A DNA stretch of 64,000 nucleotides from an uncultured bacterium (GTDB taxonomy: Bacteria > Latescibacterota > UBA2968 > UBA8231). Shown one piece after another: positions 17,051 to 25,841 of the stretch. Below the pieces are notes generated by a model, which saw only the letters and a list, made by a program, of their open reading frames with translations, was not told where the DNA came from and ran no database searches. A program made the position numbers and the translations under genes. The stretch's first letter is position 1. Every line of letters starts with the position of its first letter. The DNA lies in assembly GCA_964011675.1 (NCBI GenBank), contig CAXGPR010000002.1, forward strand, positions 26,216 to 90,215, read 5' to 3'.

Positions 17051-17816
17051 GCGGATCTACTCCGCGCAGCATGTGTCCTTGCCCACGCGATACGTGAGTT
17101 TCTACTATGGGTAAATCCTCGGGATCGCGCATCTGCACTAGCAGCGTAGTTCGTGCTTCTTGGCTAGTATTAAGACCCGAACCGTGAATTGTTAAATAGC
17201 TAAAAAAGAGCACGTCTCCGGCTTCGGCTGGGCAAGGTGTGGAATCTTCTACCGGAAACTGATCGGGTGGCAAGTGGTGTCCTCCGTCGCTTAGGTGATC
17301 GCGGACGCCTCCTCTGTGTGACCCCGGCACGACTCGTACGCATCCTTTTTCAAGAGGGGCGTCGTCAAAGTGGATAATCGCCGCAATCATTGAATGATTT
17401 TCGTGCGGGAAGTAAGGGGCATCCTGGTGCATGGGAAAGGGAGCACCTTTTTCTGGTGGTTTAATAAAAATTTTTGTGTGATGCAGTTGTACATTGTCGC
17501 CGATGATGTCTGCCGCGCGATCAGTTAGGCGGGGATCGACCAGTAAACGCGCGAAAGCTGAGGAGTGAAACTGTACGTTATGACAGTGCAGCAGTTCGCG
17601 CGGTAGATCGGTTACCTTAGCTCCGCTGCTCCAACCTTGATTGACGACGTCATCGGCTTGGTTTCCTAGCAAGCGTTGTGCTATATCGTGCACCTCTCTG
17701 CGGAAGTAGGCAGCTTCGTCTCTGCTGAAAACGGCCTTGACTAATACGTACCCATTTTCTACATAGTGCTGCTTTTCGTACGGCGCTAGAGTGTATGTTT
17801 TTTCGGGTGATATCAT
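16986..17816 (-). CDS. Second phytanoyl-CoA dioxygenase (PhyH) family protein
   Basis: It has the motifs MHQDAPYFPHEN ... VPGSHRGG (HxD...H). Confidence 0.7.
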   Translation of the reverse strand: MISPEKTYTLAPYEKQHYVENGYVLVKAVFSRDEAAYFRREVHDIAQRLLGNQADDVVNQGWSSGAKVTDLPRELLHCHNVQFHSSAFARLLVDPRLTDRAADIIGDNVQLHHTKIFIKPPEKGAPFPMHQDAPYFPHENHSMIAAIIHFDDAPLEKGCVRVVPGSHRGGVRDHLSDGGHHLPPDQFPVEDSTPCPAEAGDVLFFSYLTIHGSGLNTSQEARTTLLVQMRDPEDLPIVETHVSRGQGHMLRGVDPLANSGASVSSPVRLKAVTDKV

Positions 17817-18512
17817 GGCGTGTTTTCTCCAGTTGTCTCACATGTATAAGTCTACGTTGGAAACTGCCATAAGATAAGCAATATACGAGTGTGAGGAAGT
17901 GGTAGCTGCTTTGGGTATACGTAGCGGAAGACTTGGTTTGTCCCGGTGGCTCGACGAAATAAGGCGCGCGCACGACTAGTTGCGTTTTACCCATTAAATT
18001 GGACTGCCTATATGCGAGCCTAAAGTCGACCATCGTATGTAGATCAAGCCATAGGCAGTCAGTGAATACATAGAGACTTGGTAGTAGTGCAATCGCTGGA
18101 GTCGCGCACGAAGCATACACGTGGCAACTCCGCGTCGGCGAAAAGAAGAACGGGTCCGTACATAGGCTATGTAGGTTCGATCGGTGTAATCAGATACCGA
18201 AGTGCCGTGCTGATAAGCGCGCCATCGCCATGGGCAAAGCAGCAATCTTGGCTCTGTTTAAAATCCTTCGAAAGCTGTTTGATACTGCGTTCATCGCGGA
18301 GCTATAAGTGGTAAAGGACGTCATAAGACTTTGCCAGTCAATGTTTTTCGCATATTTAGTGAGCAAAATATGCACTGTCACAAATGCGGGGTAAACTGTT
18401 TGAGATTATTTAATTATGTTGAGCAGCGCTGAGCACTGAAATTGAAAGTGGGTACTTGGACAATTTTCTGCTGTCAATAGATAGGTGAGTAGCGTTCCCG
18501 TTCGTGCGTGTG

Positions 18513-19268
18513 CTAGGCTCGATAACGCGCGACCATATTCGCGTAGTAGAGGGCTTCTCCACCAAACATATCTAACGCGCTGCCCACGGTAAAGTCTAGT
18601 TTGCCCTGACCGAGTTGATCGATCTGATCAATATCACTTTGTGCGTGAATGCCGCCTGCATATGTTGTAGGTAGCGGCGTTATTTCGCCTAAGAGCGCCA
18701 CGAGATCAACGTCGATACCCTGCTGCTTGCCCTCCACGTTAGTTGCGTGTATCAAAAATTCACAGCAGGATTCGGCAAGAGCTTCTAAGTTGGAACGCGA
18801 AACTTCAAAATCTGTTGCCTGCTGCCAGCGATCTGTCATAACGACATAACGACCTGCAATGCGGGCACAGCTCAGGTCTAAAACGAGGCGCTCACGACCG
18901 GTTGCTCTTACAAGTCGACGCAGGTTGTCTTGTTCCAGCTGACCATTTTTAAAGACGTAAGATGTGGCTATTAGCTGAGCTGCACCGGCTTCAAGCCATT
19001 TTTCGGCGTTTTCGGCATGGATACCCCCGCCTAGTTGAAGCCCCTGTGGATAGGCTTGTAGGGCTGCAGCGGCGGCTCGTTCGTTGCCGGGACCAAGCAT
19101 GATAACGTGGCCACCGGGCAAGTTGTCGCGGAGATAAATTTTGGCAAAATACGCTGCGTCCTGTTGGGCAATAAAATTGGTTGTTGGCGCTTGCTGATCA
19201 TTCAGAGACGATCCGATGATCTGCTTGACTTGTCCCTGATGAAGGTCTATACACGGGCGAAAGCGCAT
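18513..19268 (-). CDS. hisA: HisA, eukaryote/His6-type ProFAR isomerase
   Basis: MRFRPCIDLHQGQVKQIIG ... LQLGGGI ... LDLSC ... EFLIHATNVEG ... YAGG ... GSALDMFGG aligns along the full length to His6-type HisA. Confidence 0.8.
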   Translation of the reverse strand: MRFRPCIDLHQGQVKQIIGSSLNDQQAPTTNFIAQQDAAYFAKIYLRDNLPGGHVIMLGPGNERAAAAALQAYPQGLQLGGGIHAENAEKWLEAGAAQLIATSYVFKNGQLEQDNLRRLVRATGRERLVLDLSCARIAGRYVVMTDRWQQATDFEVSRSNLEALAESCCEFLIHATNVEGKQQGIDVDLVALLGEITPLPTTYAGGIHAQSDIDQIDQLGQGKLDFTVGSALDMFGGEALYYANMVARYRA

Positions 19269-20359
19269 CAGTCGATGCGGTAGCGCTGTAGCTTGTCTTC
19301 ATTTATGCTGACGCCCAGGCCGGGACCGGAAGGGGGATAGAGATAGCCTTCCTCAATGTGCAGTTGCTCGTTAACGATGTCGTCACTATGGTATACAAAG
19401 CCGTTTACGTCGCTGGCATAGCCAATGTTGTGCATTGCAAAAGCAAGGTGGGCCTGTGCTGCTGTGCCGATACCCAATTCGGGCATGCTTCCAATTATAC
19501 AGGGCAGGCGAGCCGCTTCGGCAATAGAAAAGATCTGTGCTGCTGGACCGATGCCACCCGCTTCGGACACGTAAATGTTAAACACATCTACGGCGTTGGC
19601 CCGAATGCATGCCATGGCATCAGCAGGCGTCCATACGCTTTCGTCAGCCATGATCGGTACTTGGACGTTAGAACGCACGAAAGCGAGGCCCTCCATATCG
19701 CTATAGTGTAGCGGTTGCTCAATAAGCTCTAAATTGAACGCTGCTAGTTCGTTTATTCTGCGCACCGCCTCCTTGGCAGAGGACCACCCCATATTGGCGT
19801 CTACGCGTAGGGTTATATCACCTACTTCTGTTCGGATTGCATCAAGTATTTTGAGGTCTGATTGATGGTCGCGTCCGACTTTACACTTGAGCGTTTTATA
19901 GCCTTTTTCCGATAAGCGTTTCGCCTGTTCCACGATGTCTTGGGGATCGCCCATGGATAAGGAGTGGCTCAGTAAGACGCGGTCCCGCACCTGCCCACCG
20001 AGCAGGGTGTAGACAGGCGTATCAAGGATCTTACCAACCAAGTCATATAGCGCCATTTCAACGCCGGCTTTGGCAGGGTAAGAGCGATGTAGCAAAGAAT
20101 CCATATGCGCGCGAATCGAACTGATTTGAGTCGGATCAAAGCCAACTAGCGCTTCGGAGAGAAGTCCATTAATGGTTTCGCTTTCTCCACGACCCCGACG
20201 GTCCCATATACTTGAAGCTTCGCCGATGCCAACTAAATCGCTGTCGGTAAAAACGCGAACCACCGCGTTTTCGCTGCCTTGTTGAATGCCTAAACTACTC
20301 TTAAACGGGCGCGGACGCGGCACGCGCACTGGGATGGCTTCTATGCGTGTTATTTTCAT
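19268..20359 (-). CDS. Enolase-superfamily enzyme, MLE subgroup (dipeptide epimerase/OSBS/NSAR-like)
   Basis: It has the KxK motif (KCKVG) and the metal-ligand pattern (RVDANMGW, ELIEQP, MADES). A 1-nt overlap with hisA indicates an operon. Confidence 0.75.
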   Translation of the reverse strand: MKITRIEAIPVRVPRPRPFKSSLGIQQGSENAVVRVFTDSDLVGIGEASSIWDRRGRGESETINGLLSEALVGFDPTQISSIRAHMDSLLHRSYPAKAGVEMALYDLVGKILDTPVYTLLGGQVRDRVLLSHSLSMGDPQDIVEQAKRLSEKGYKTLKCKVGRDHQSDLKILDAIRTEVGDITLRVDANMGWSSAKEAVRRINELAAFNLELIEQPLHYSDMEGLAFVRSNVQVPIMADESVWTPADAMACIRANAVDVFNIYVSEAGGIGPAAQIFSIAEAARLPCIIGSMPELGIGTAAQAHLAFAMHNIGYASDVNGFVYHSDDIVNEQLHIEEGYLYPPSGPGLGVSINEDKLQRYRID

Positions 20360-20392
20360 AATAAACTAGTATAGGAGGCCGTGCACAGGCCG

Positions 20393-20950
20393 TCAAGACT
20401 GGGCGTATATGCTGAGACGAGTATTGCCATACTTGCGTGCTTTAAGAAGCTGTAACGTGCCTATTTCTTCGGGTAGTTCCAATTCTCTTTGGTGCTGGGC
20501 AAGGATTAGACCCTCTGCTCGCAAAAGCGGGGTAATAGACAGTTTGCCGAGCAGAGAGAGGCTGAGTGGTTTACCGTCGTGACAGATATGATAGGGGGGA
20601 TCTAAGTAGATGTTATCAAACGAACGGACTTCTTCACGTAGACGCGGAATGAGAATCTCTGCTCGATTGTCAAACATCTGGGCGCCGACTCTCCACTCCC
20701 GTAGTGTACTGCGTAAGATGCTATAGCGCCGCCGGTCCGGTTCGTTGAAAACGACGTGCGCGCCTCGACTGAGTGCTTCCAACCCTATCTGTCCAGATCC
20801 AGCACACAGGTCGAGAAAATGAGTCCCTTGTAGATCGGGCCCCAGCATGGAAAAAATCGACTCTTTTAGGCGAGATGAGGTCAGGCGAAGACTGCCAAGT
20901 TGGCCAGAGGCAATGTGTCTACCTCGCAAGGTACCTGTAACAATGCGCAC
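20393..20950 (-). CDS. rsmD: 16S rRNA (guanine966-N2)-methyltransferase RsmD
   Basis: The motifs MRIVTGTLRGR ... LDLCAGSGQIGLEALSRGA ... YLDPPY match RsmD. Confidence 0.75.
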   Translation of the reverse strand: MRIVTGTLRGRHIASGQLGSLRLTSSRLKESIFSMLGPDLQGTHFLDLCAGSGQIGLEALSRGAHVVFNEPDRRRYSILRSTLREWRVGAQMFDNRAEILIPRLREEVRSFDNIYLDPPYHICHDGKPLSLSLLGKLSITPLLRAEGLILAQHQRELELPEEIGTLQLLKARKYGNTRLSIYAQS

Positions 20951-21196
20951 GGATGATACACTCTTATAAGTTGATGGCGCGCATTTCCATGCGCATAGGA
21001 ATTATTAATGGTAAAACCAATAGGTCTAGTTATAAAAAGCACTTGTAAAATGATACCAAGATACTGTTTAATATACATTGAACAAATAAAACACTTTTTT
21101 ACGAGAGAGATTATTTTCCTTATTTCGTGTGCGTTGCACATTTATTTTAGTGGCTAAGCCCGTTGTTGAGTTGTCTTTCTCTACGTTGTTCGATGA

Positions 21197-22375
21197 TTGT
21201 GGAATGGAGGTAATAGCTTGACGGTAGATCATTGGGATGTTGTTGTACTTGGATGCGGAGGAATGGGCAGCGCGACGCTGTACCACTTGGCCGAGCGCGG
21301 TGCTCGGGTCTGTGGCATAGATCCCTTTGAACCTGGGCATGATAAGGGCTCTTCTCATGGGGAAACGCGTATTATTCGCAAAGCGTATTTGGAACACCCC
21401 AATTATGTTCCGCTCTTAGATCGAGCGTATACCCTGTGGGATCGCCTCACAGAAGAAAGTGGTCGGGACCTGTTTGTGCGCTGCGGACTACTGGCCATGG
21501 GAGACCCTGATTCGCACGTTATGCAGGGTCAGGCTGCATGTTATGCAGCCTGTGATTTGCCACACGAGGTACTCGATGAAGGTGAACTGCGACAACGCTA
21601 TCCCGACCTAGGAATCGGTCGCAACTGGAGTGCTTACTACGATCCACTAGGGGGTTTCCTACGTGTTGAAGAATGCGTTCGTCAGCATGCACAGAAAGCG
21701 TTAGATCGAGGGGCAATGCTCTATGCGGGAGAGTCAATGCGCCGGTGGTCTGTTGATGGAGCGGGTGTGAGCATTGAGACCGACCGACGAACGTTGCATG
21801 CAGATCGAATCGTGTTGACCTTGGGGCCTTGGGCCGTTGCTCAACTAAACTTGCTCGGGGTCAACGCACGCGTTGTGCGCAAGGTGTTGTTTTGGTATGA
21901 TGGCGCAGGGATCCAGCCGTACGAACTGGGTTCACTGCCCTGTTATCTCGTCGGGTCAGGAAAGGGCGAAGATACATTCTATGGTTTTCCCTCTATCGAT
22001 AGTCGAGGTATAAAAGTTGCTGAGCACAACATCTACTTAAATGATCGAGTTGATGATCCCAGAACAGTCAATCGTGCGTTGGCCGTCAACGACGAGCCGA
22101 TTGTCCGCCGATTTGTAGACGATTTTTTTCCCCGATTAAAAGCTCGACGTACGCATCATACAGTCTGCATGTATACTATGACGCCAGATAAGCATTTTGT
22201 AGTCGATGTGCATCCGGAATACCCGCAGGTCATCGTAGCAGCGGGTTTTTCTGGTCACGGATTTAAATTTGCTTCCGTGATGGGGGAAGTGCTGTCGGAC
22301 CTAGCGCTAGAGGGTAATACAAAGCAGCCTATCGATTTTTTGCGATTGCACCGTTTTTATGGAGGAACAAATTAA
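21197..22375 (+). CDS. Monomeric sarcosine oxidase / N-methyltryptophan oxidase (MSOX/MTOX) family FAD oxidase
   Basis: DVVVLGCGGMGSATLYHLAERG ... GSSHGETRIIRKAY matches MSOX. The likely start is the TTG at 21218, preceded by GGAGG. Confidence 0.75.
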   Translation: MWNGGNSLTVDHWDVVVLGCGGMGSATLYHLAERGARVCGIDPFEPGHDKGSSHGETRIIRKAYLEHPNYVPLLDRAYTLWDRLTEESGRDLFVRCGLLAMGDPDSHVMQGQAACYAACDLPHEVLDEGELRQRYPDLGIGRNWSAYYDPLGGFLRVEECVRQHAQKALDRGAMLYAGESMRRWSVDGAGVSIETDRRTLHADRIVLTLGPWAVAQLNLLGVNARVVRKVLFWYDGAGIQPYELGSLPCYLVGSGKGEDTFYGFPSIDSRGIKVAEHNIYLNDRVDDPRTVNRALAVNDEPIVRRFVDDFFPRLKARRTHHTVCMYTMTPDKHFVVDVHPEYPQVIVAAGFSGHGFKFASVMGEVLSDLALEGNTKQPIDFLRLHRFYGGTN

Positions 22376-23149
22376 ATGGACTTAGGGTTGCGCGATCGAG
22401 TCGCGCTCGTCACCGGCGCTAGTCGAGGTATCGGTTTATCTATAGCTCATTCTCTTGTTAGCGAGGGAGCTCGACTGGGTATTTGTGCACGAGGAGAGCA
22501 AGGCCTAGCGGAAGCAACGCAGGCGCTCTGCGATGCTGGAGGAGAAGTCTTTGCCCAAGTCTGCGACGTGCGTGAGCGCGATGGAGTGGGTGCATTTGTG
22601 AAGGGAGCTGCAGAGTCGTTAGGCGGCATTGATATTGTGGTAAATAATGTGGGCGGATCGGCTGGTGGTAGTCTGTTGGATAGTAGCGATGAAGAATGGG
22701 AAGAAACGTTTCAACTCAATTTGTTTCATGCCGTGCGGACTACGCGTGCCGCGCTACCTTACTTGCGCGAGGGGGGCGGTGGATCTGTCGTCATTATTAC
22801 CTCTATATCGGGTGCTAAACCTGCTCCTCGTGCACAGTATGGATGTGCTAAGGCCGCCGAGAATTTTCTCGCTGGAGCGCTGGCAATCGAACTGGCTGAA
22901 TATGATGTGCGCGTTAATGCCGTGGCGCCGGGCTCTGTGATGTTTCCTGGGGGAGGGTGGCAGCGCTTCAGCGATGAGCGTCCGCAGGAATTTGCGAATT
23001 TTTTGCAGGGTGAGTTTCCTTCAAAGCGCTTGGGATCGCCGCAAGAGGTGGCAGACGTAGTGACCTTTCTGGTGTCAGATCGCGCACGTTGGATCAACGG
23101 AGCCGTCGTGCCAGTAGACGGAGCACAAGGGCGTCCATCTGTAGCTTAA
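22376..23149 (+). CDS. SDR-family short-chain dehydrogenase/reductase
   Basis: It has TGASRGIG, NNVG and a YxxxK-type catalytic region. Confidence 0.8.
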   Translation: MDLGLRDRVALVTGASRGIGLSIAHSLVSEGARLGICARGEQGLAEATQALCDAGGEVFAQVCDVRERDGVGAFVKGAAESLGGIDIVVNNVGGSAGGSLLDSSDEEWEETFQLNLFHAVRTTRAALPYLREGGGGSVVIITSISGAKPAPRAQYGCAKAAENFLAGALAIELAEYDVRVNAVAPGSVMFPGGGWQRFSDERPQEFANFLQGEFPSKRLGSPQEVADVVTFLVSDRARWINGAVVPVDGAQGRPSVA

Positions 23150-23369
23150 AGCTGCGTAGGACAGCATTTTCTCTGCCCGTGGTTCTACCCGGCTTTTTCA
23201 TGATTTTGCTCGGAGCGCTCGATGCCACTGCTATCTCTGTTGATTAGGTTTGCACTTATACTTCACTTTGTCATTATGACTCCTCTACATTGGTAAAATA
23301 TGCTGTAAGACTGCGCCGTAGTTGACGCCTTTTACCAGGGAAAATAATTTAAGGGCGCTCTAAAATAGA

Positions 23370-23399
23370 GTTGCCAAACACAGCTGTGTGTTTGGCAAC
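23370..23399. promoter_or_regulatory. Perfect 13-bp-arm inverted repeat (gttgccaaacaca-gctg-tgtgtttggcaac), 24 nt upstream of the enolase-family gene start
   Basis: The palindrome is visible directly in the sequence. No U-tract follows it, so it is a candidate operator or 5'-leader hairpin rather than a terminator. Confidence 0.4.
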
Positions 23400-23422
23400 A
23401 GATACAAACAGGGAGAGATTAA

Positions 23423-24694
23423 ATGACAGACAGTGTGGAAGCAAACGTGGATATGCATTCGCGTCCAAGCGATTTGAAAATTACTGATATGCGCGTGGTT
23501 AACCTGCGCGGTGCACCTTTTCGCTCGACAATTATTCGACTGGATACAAATCAAGGGATTTTCGGGTATGGCGAGGTACGTGACGGCGGAAGTGAGACCT
23601 ATGCACTCATGCTGAAAAGCCGTCTAATAGGAGAGAATCCTTGCAACGTCGATAAAATATTTCGCAAGATTAAGCAATTTGGCCATCATGCGCGTCAGGC
23701 CGGTGGTGTTTGTGGAATCGAAATGGCGTTGATGGACTTGGCCGGTAAAGCCTATGGTGTGCCGGCTTACCAATTAGCCGGTGGTAAATTTCGTGACAGA
23801 GTCCTTTGCTATTGCGATACGCCTTCCGAGAAAAAAGGCAGCGATATGGGCAAGCGCCTAAAAGAGCGGATCGCAGATGGATTTGGATTTCTAAAAATGG
23901 ACGTCGGTATAGGTCTGTTACGCGATACCGAAAGTACGCTGATTGCACCGCCCGATATGCTGCGCACCGACGAGATTATGCACCCCTTTACCGGTATTCA
24001 AATCACGGATAAGGGCATCGATCTGCTCTGCCAGTACGTGGCGGAAGTGCGAGAGGAAATCGGATATGAAGTGCCGCTGGCCGTCGATCATTTTGGGCAT
24101 ATTGGCATCGAGTCGTGTATTCGTTTGGGAAAGGCGCTTGACCAATTTTCGCTTGCTTGGTACGAGGACATGATCCCATGGCAGTTTGCCGATCAGTGGC
24201 AGCGACTGGCAGAGTCGGTGAATACCCCGGTTTGCACGGGAGAAGATATTTATCTCAAAGAGGGTTTTATTCCGCTTCTTGAACGTCGGGCTATCGCCGT
24301 TGCGCATCCAGATCTGGCCTCGTCAGGAGGTATTCTCGAGACCAAGAAGGTGGGGGATTTAGCGCAAGATCACGGTGTCGCGATGGCACTGCACATGGCT
24401 ATGTCTCCAATTGCAGCGCTGGCCTCTGTCCACTGCGCGGCGGCGACTGAGAATTTTATGGTTCTGGAAAATCACTCTGTTGATCAGTTAGATCAGTGGA
24501 GTAGCCTGATCGATGGACTGCCAGTGCCGCTTGTCGAGGACGGACATATTGCAGTTCCTGAGGGTCCGGGATTAGGCTTTACAGACCTCAATGATGAGGT
24601 GGTTGAGGCGTTTATCGACCCTAATAACCCTGGTATTTTCGAATCGACAGAGCGCTGGGATAACGAAGGGGCGCACGATCGCCTGTGGAGCTAA
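23423..24694 (+). CDS. Enolase-superfamily enzyme, mandelate racemase/mannonate dehydratase-like
   Basis: The N-terminal capping domain contains ...GYGEV... and the barrel contains DHFGH, WYED and CTGED ligand-like motifs. At ~420 aa it is typical of ManD/GalD-like members. Confidence 0.7.
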   Translation: MTDSVEANVDMHSRPSDLKITDMRVVNLRGAPFRSTIIRLDTNQGIFGYGEVRDGGSETYALMLKSRLIGENPCNVDKIFRKIKQFGHHARQAGGVCGIEMALMDLAGKAYGVPAYQLAGGKFRDRVLCYCDTPSEKKGSDMGKRLKERIADGFGFLKMDVGIGLLRDTESTLIAPPDMLRTDEIMHPFTGIQITDKGIDLLCQYVAEVREEIGYEVPLAVDHFGHIGIESCIRLGKALDQFSLAWYEDMIPWQFADQWQRLAESVNTPVCTGEDIYLKEGFIPLLERRAIAVAHPDLASSGGILETKKVGDLAQDHGVAMALHMAMSPIAALASVHCAAATENFMVLENHSVDQLDQWSSLIDGLPVPLVEDGHIAVPEGPGLGFTDLNDEVVEAFIDPNNPGIFESTERWDNEGAHDRLWS

Positions 24695-24711
24695 GCGGCA
24701 GTCAATAGTGT

Positions 24712-25839
24712 ATGGGGGAGAGACGGTTGGCCGTTTCTCCCCTTTTATGGTTTGTTAACAGAGCTATGGATATGAACAAAAAAGTGTATGATGTCGCAGT
24801 CTTGAAAGGTGACGGAATTGGGCCGGAGGTTGTTGAAGAAGCGCTCGTCGTTTTACAAGCAATAGGCACTCCCCGCTTTAACTTTACTGAGTATTCCTGT
24901 GGTGCCGGCTGTTATCTAGACTGTGGAGAACCCTTACCCGTTGCGACGGTTGAAGCCTGTCGCACGGCAGATGCTGTTTTGCTTGGCGCAATGGGCTTGC
25001 CCGATATACGATGGAAAGATGGAACGGAAATGCGTCCGCAAATCGATTTGCGTATTATTCTCGACCTATATGCAGGCGTGCGGCCTATCTATTTGTATAA
25101 CGAAGCCCATTCACCGTTAAAGGGACTGGATGTGGGTGCAATTGACTTTGTGATTCTCCGCGAAAATGTAGAAGGGCTCTTTGCCTCGATGAACGGGGGT
25201 ATCGAACTGCGCGGAGAAGTGGCCGTCGATTCTATGGTCATTACGCGTAGCGGCACGGAACGGATTGTTCGATATGCATTTGAATTGGCCGTGCAGCGCG
25301 CAAGGTCCCCAATGCGCGTCACCTGTGTAGACAAGGCAAATGTCTTTAAGTCAATGGCCTTTTTTCGCTCTGTGTATGACCGAGTTGCGGATGACTTTCC
25401 GGACGTAGGACGCGATTATGCCTACGTTGATGCGTTGAGCATGTATTTGCTCCAGCGCCCAAAGGATTACGATGTGTTAGTCGCCGAGAACATGTACGGA
25501 GATATCATCTCTGACCTGGCAGCAGGTCTCGTCGGAGGTTTGGGGATGGCACCGTCGGGCGATATCGGCCCGGATGCAGCCGTTTTTCAACCATCGCACG
25601 GCACTGCGCCAGATATTGCGGGTAAGGGCTTGGCCAATCCAGTTGCTATGATTCTCTCTGCTGCGCTCATGCTAAAATGGCTAGGTGATCGAGAAGGTGA
25701 TAGAGAGGCTGTGCAGGGAGCCGCGCGCATAGAAGAAGCCGTTCGGTGCGTAGTTTCCCAAGTGGGCGCCGGTACGCCAGACATTGGAGGTATAATGACA
25801 ACGAGTGAATTGGGCAAGGCGATCGTCGAGGCTCTATAG
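24712..25839 (+). CDS. Isocitrate/isopropylmalate dehydrogenase family protein (tartrate dehydrogenase/LeuB-like)
   Basis: KVYDVAVLKGDGIGPEVV and the DLAAGLVGGLGMAPSG region match the family. The true start is probably the ATG at 24766 or 24772, downstream of the terminator hairpin. Confidence 0.75.
   Translation: MGERRLAVSPLLWFVNRAMDMNKKVYDVAVLKGDGIGPEVVEEALVVLQAIGTPRFNFTEYSCGAGCYLDCGEPLPVATVEACRTADAVLLGAMGLPDIRWKDGTEMRPQIDLRIILDLYAGVRPIYLYNEAHSPLKGLDVGAIDFVILRENVEGLFASMNGGIELRGEVAVDSMVITRSGTERIVRYAFELAVQRARSPMRVTCVDKANVFKSMAFFRSVYDRVADDFPDVGRDYAYVDALSMYLLQRPKDYDVLVAENMYGDIISDLAAGLVGGLGMAPSGDIGPDAAVFQPSHGTAPDIAGKGLANPVAMILSAALMLKWLGDREGDREAVQGAARIEEAVRCVVSQVGAGTPDIGGIMTTSELGKAIVEAL
24715..24746 (+). 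terminator. Intrinsic terminator-like hairpin followed by a U-rich tract
   Basis: The stem is a 12-bp ggggagagacgg/ccgtttctcccc pairing with one G-U, closed by a 4-nt ttgg loop. It is followed by ttttatggtttgtt. It lies 21 nt after the stop of the enolase gene and overlaps the track start of the next ORF. Confidence 0.5.
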
Positions 25840-25841
25840 CA

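Noticed and set aside
18150-18175. A tRNA-like T-arm (GGTTCGATC) in the 17817-18512 gap.
   Set aside because: Flanking sequence does not form a T-stem, acceptor stem or anticodon arm. No other tRNA-like element is present.
17650-18381. Four ORFs of 63-156 aa in the 700-bp gap.
   Set aside because: One overlaps the PhyH start out of frame. The others have implausible composition and no motifs. I treat the region as non-coding or decayed.
23150-23200. A possible terminator right after the SDR gene (gcccgtggttctacccggcttttt).
   Set aside because: Only 3-4 bp of complementarity precede the T-run, which is not a convincing stem.
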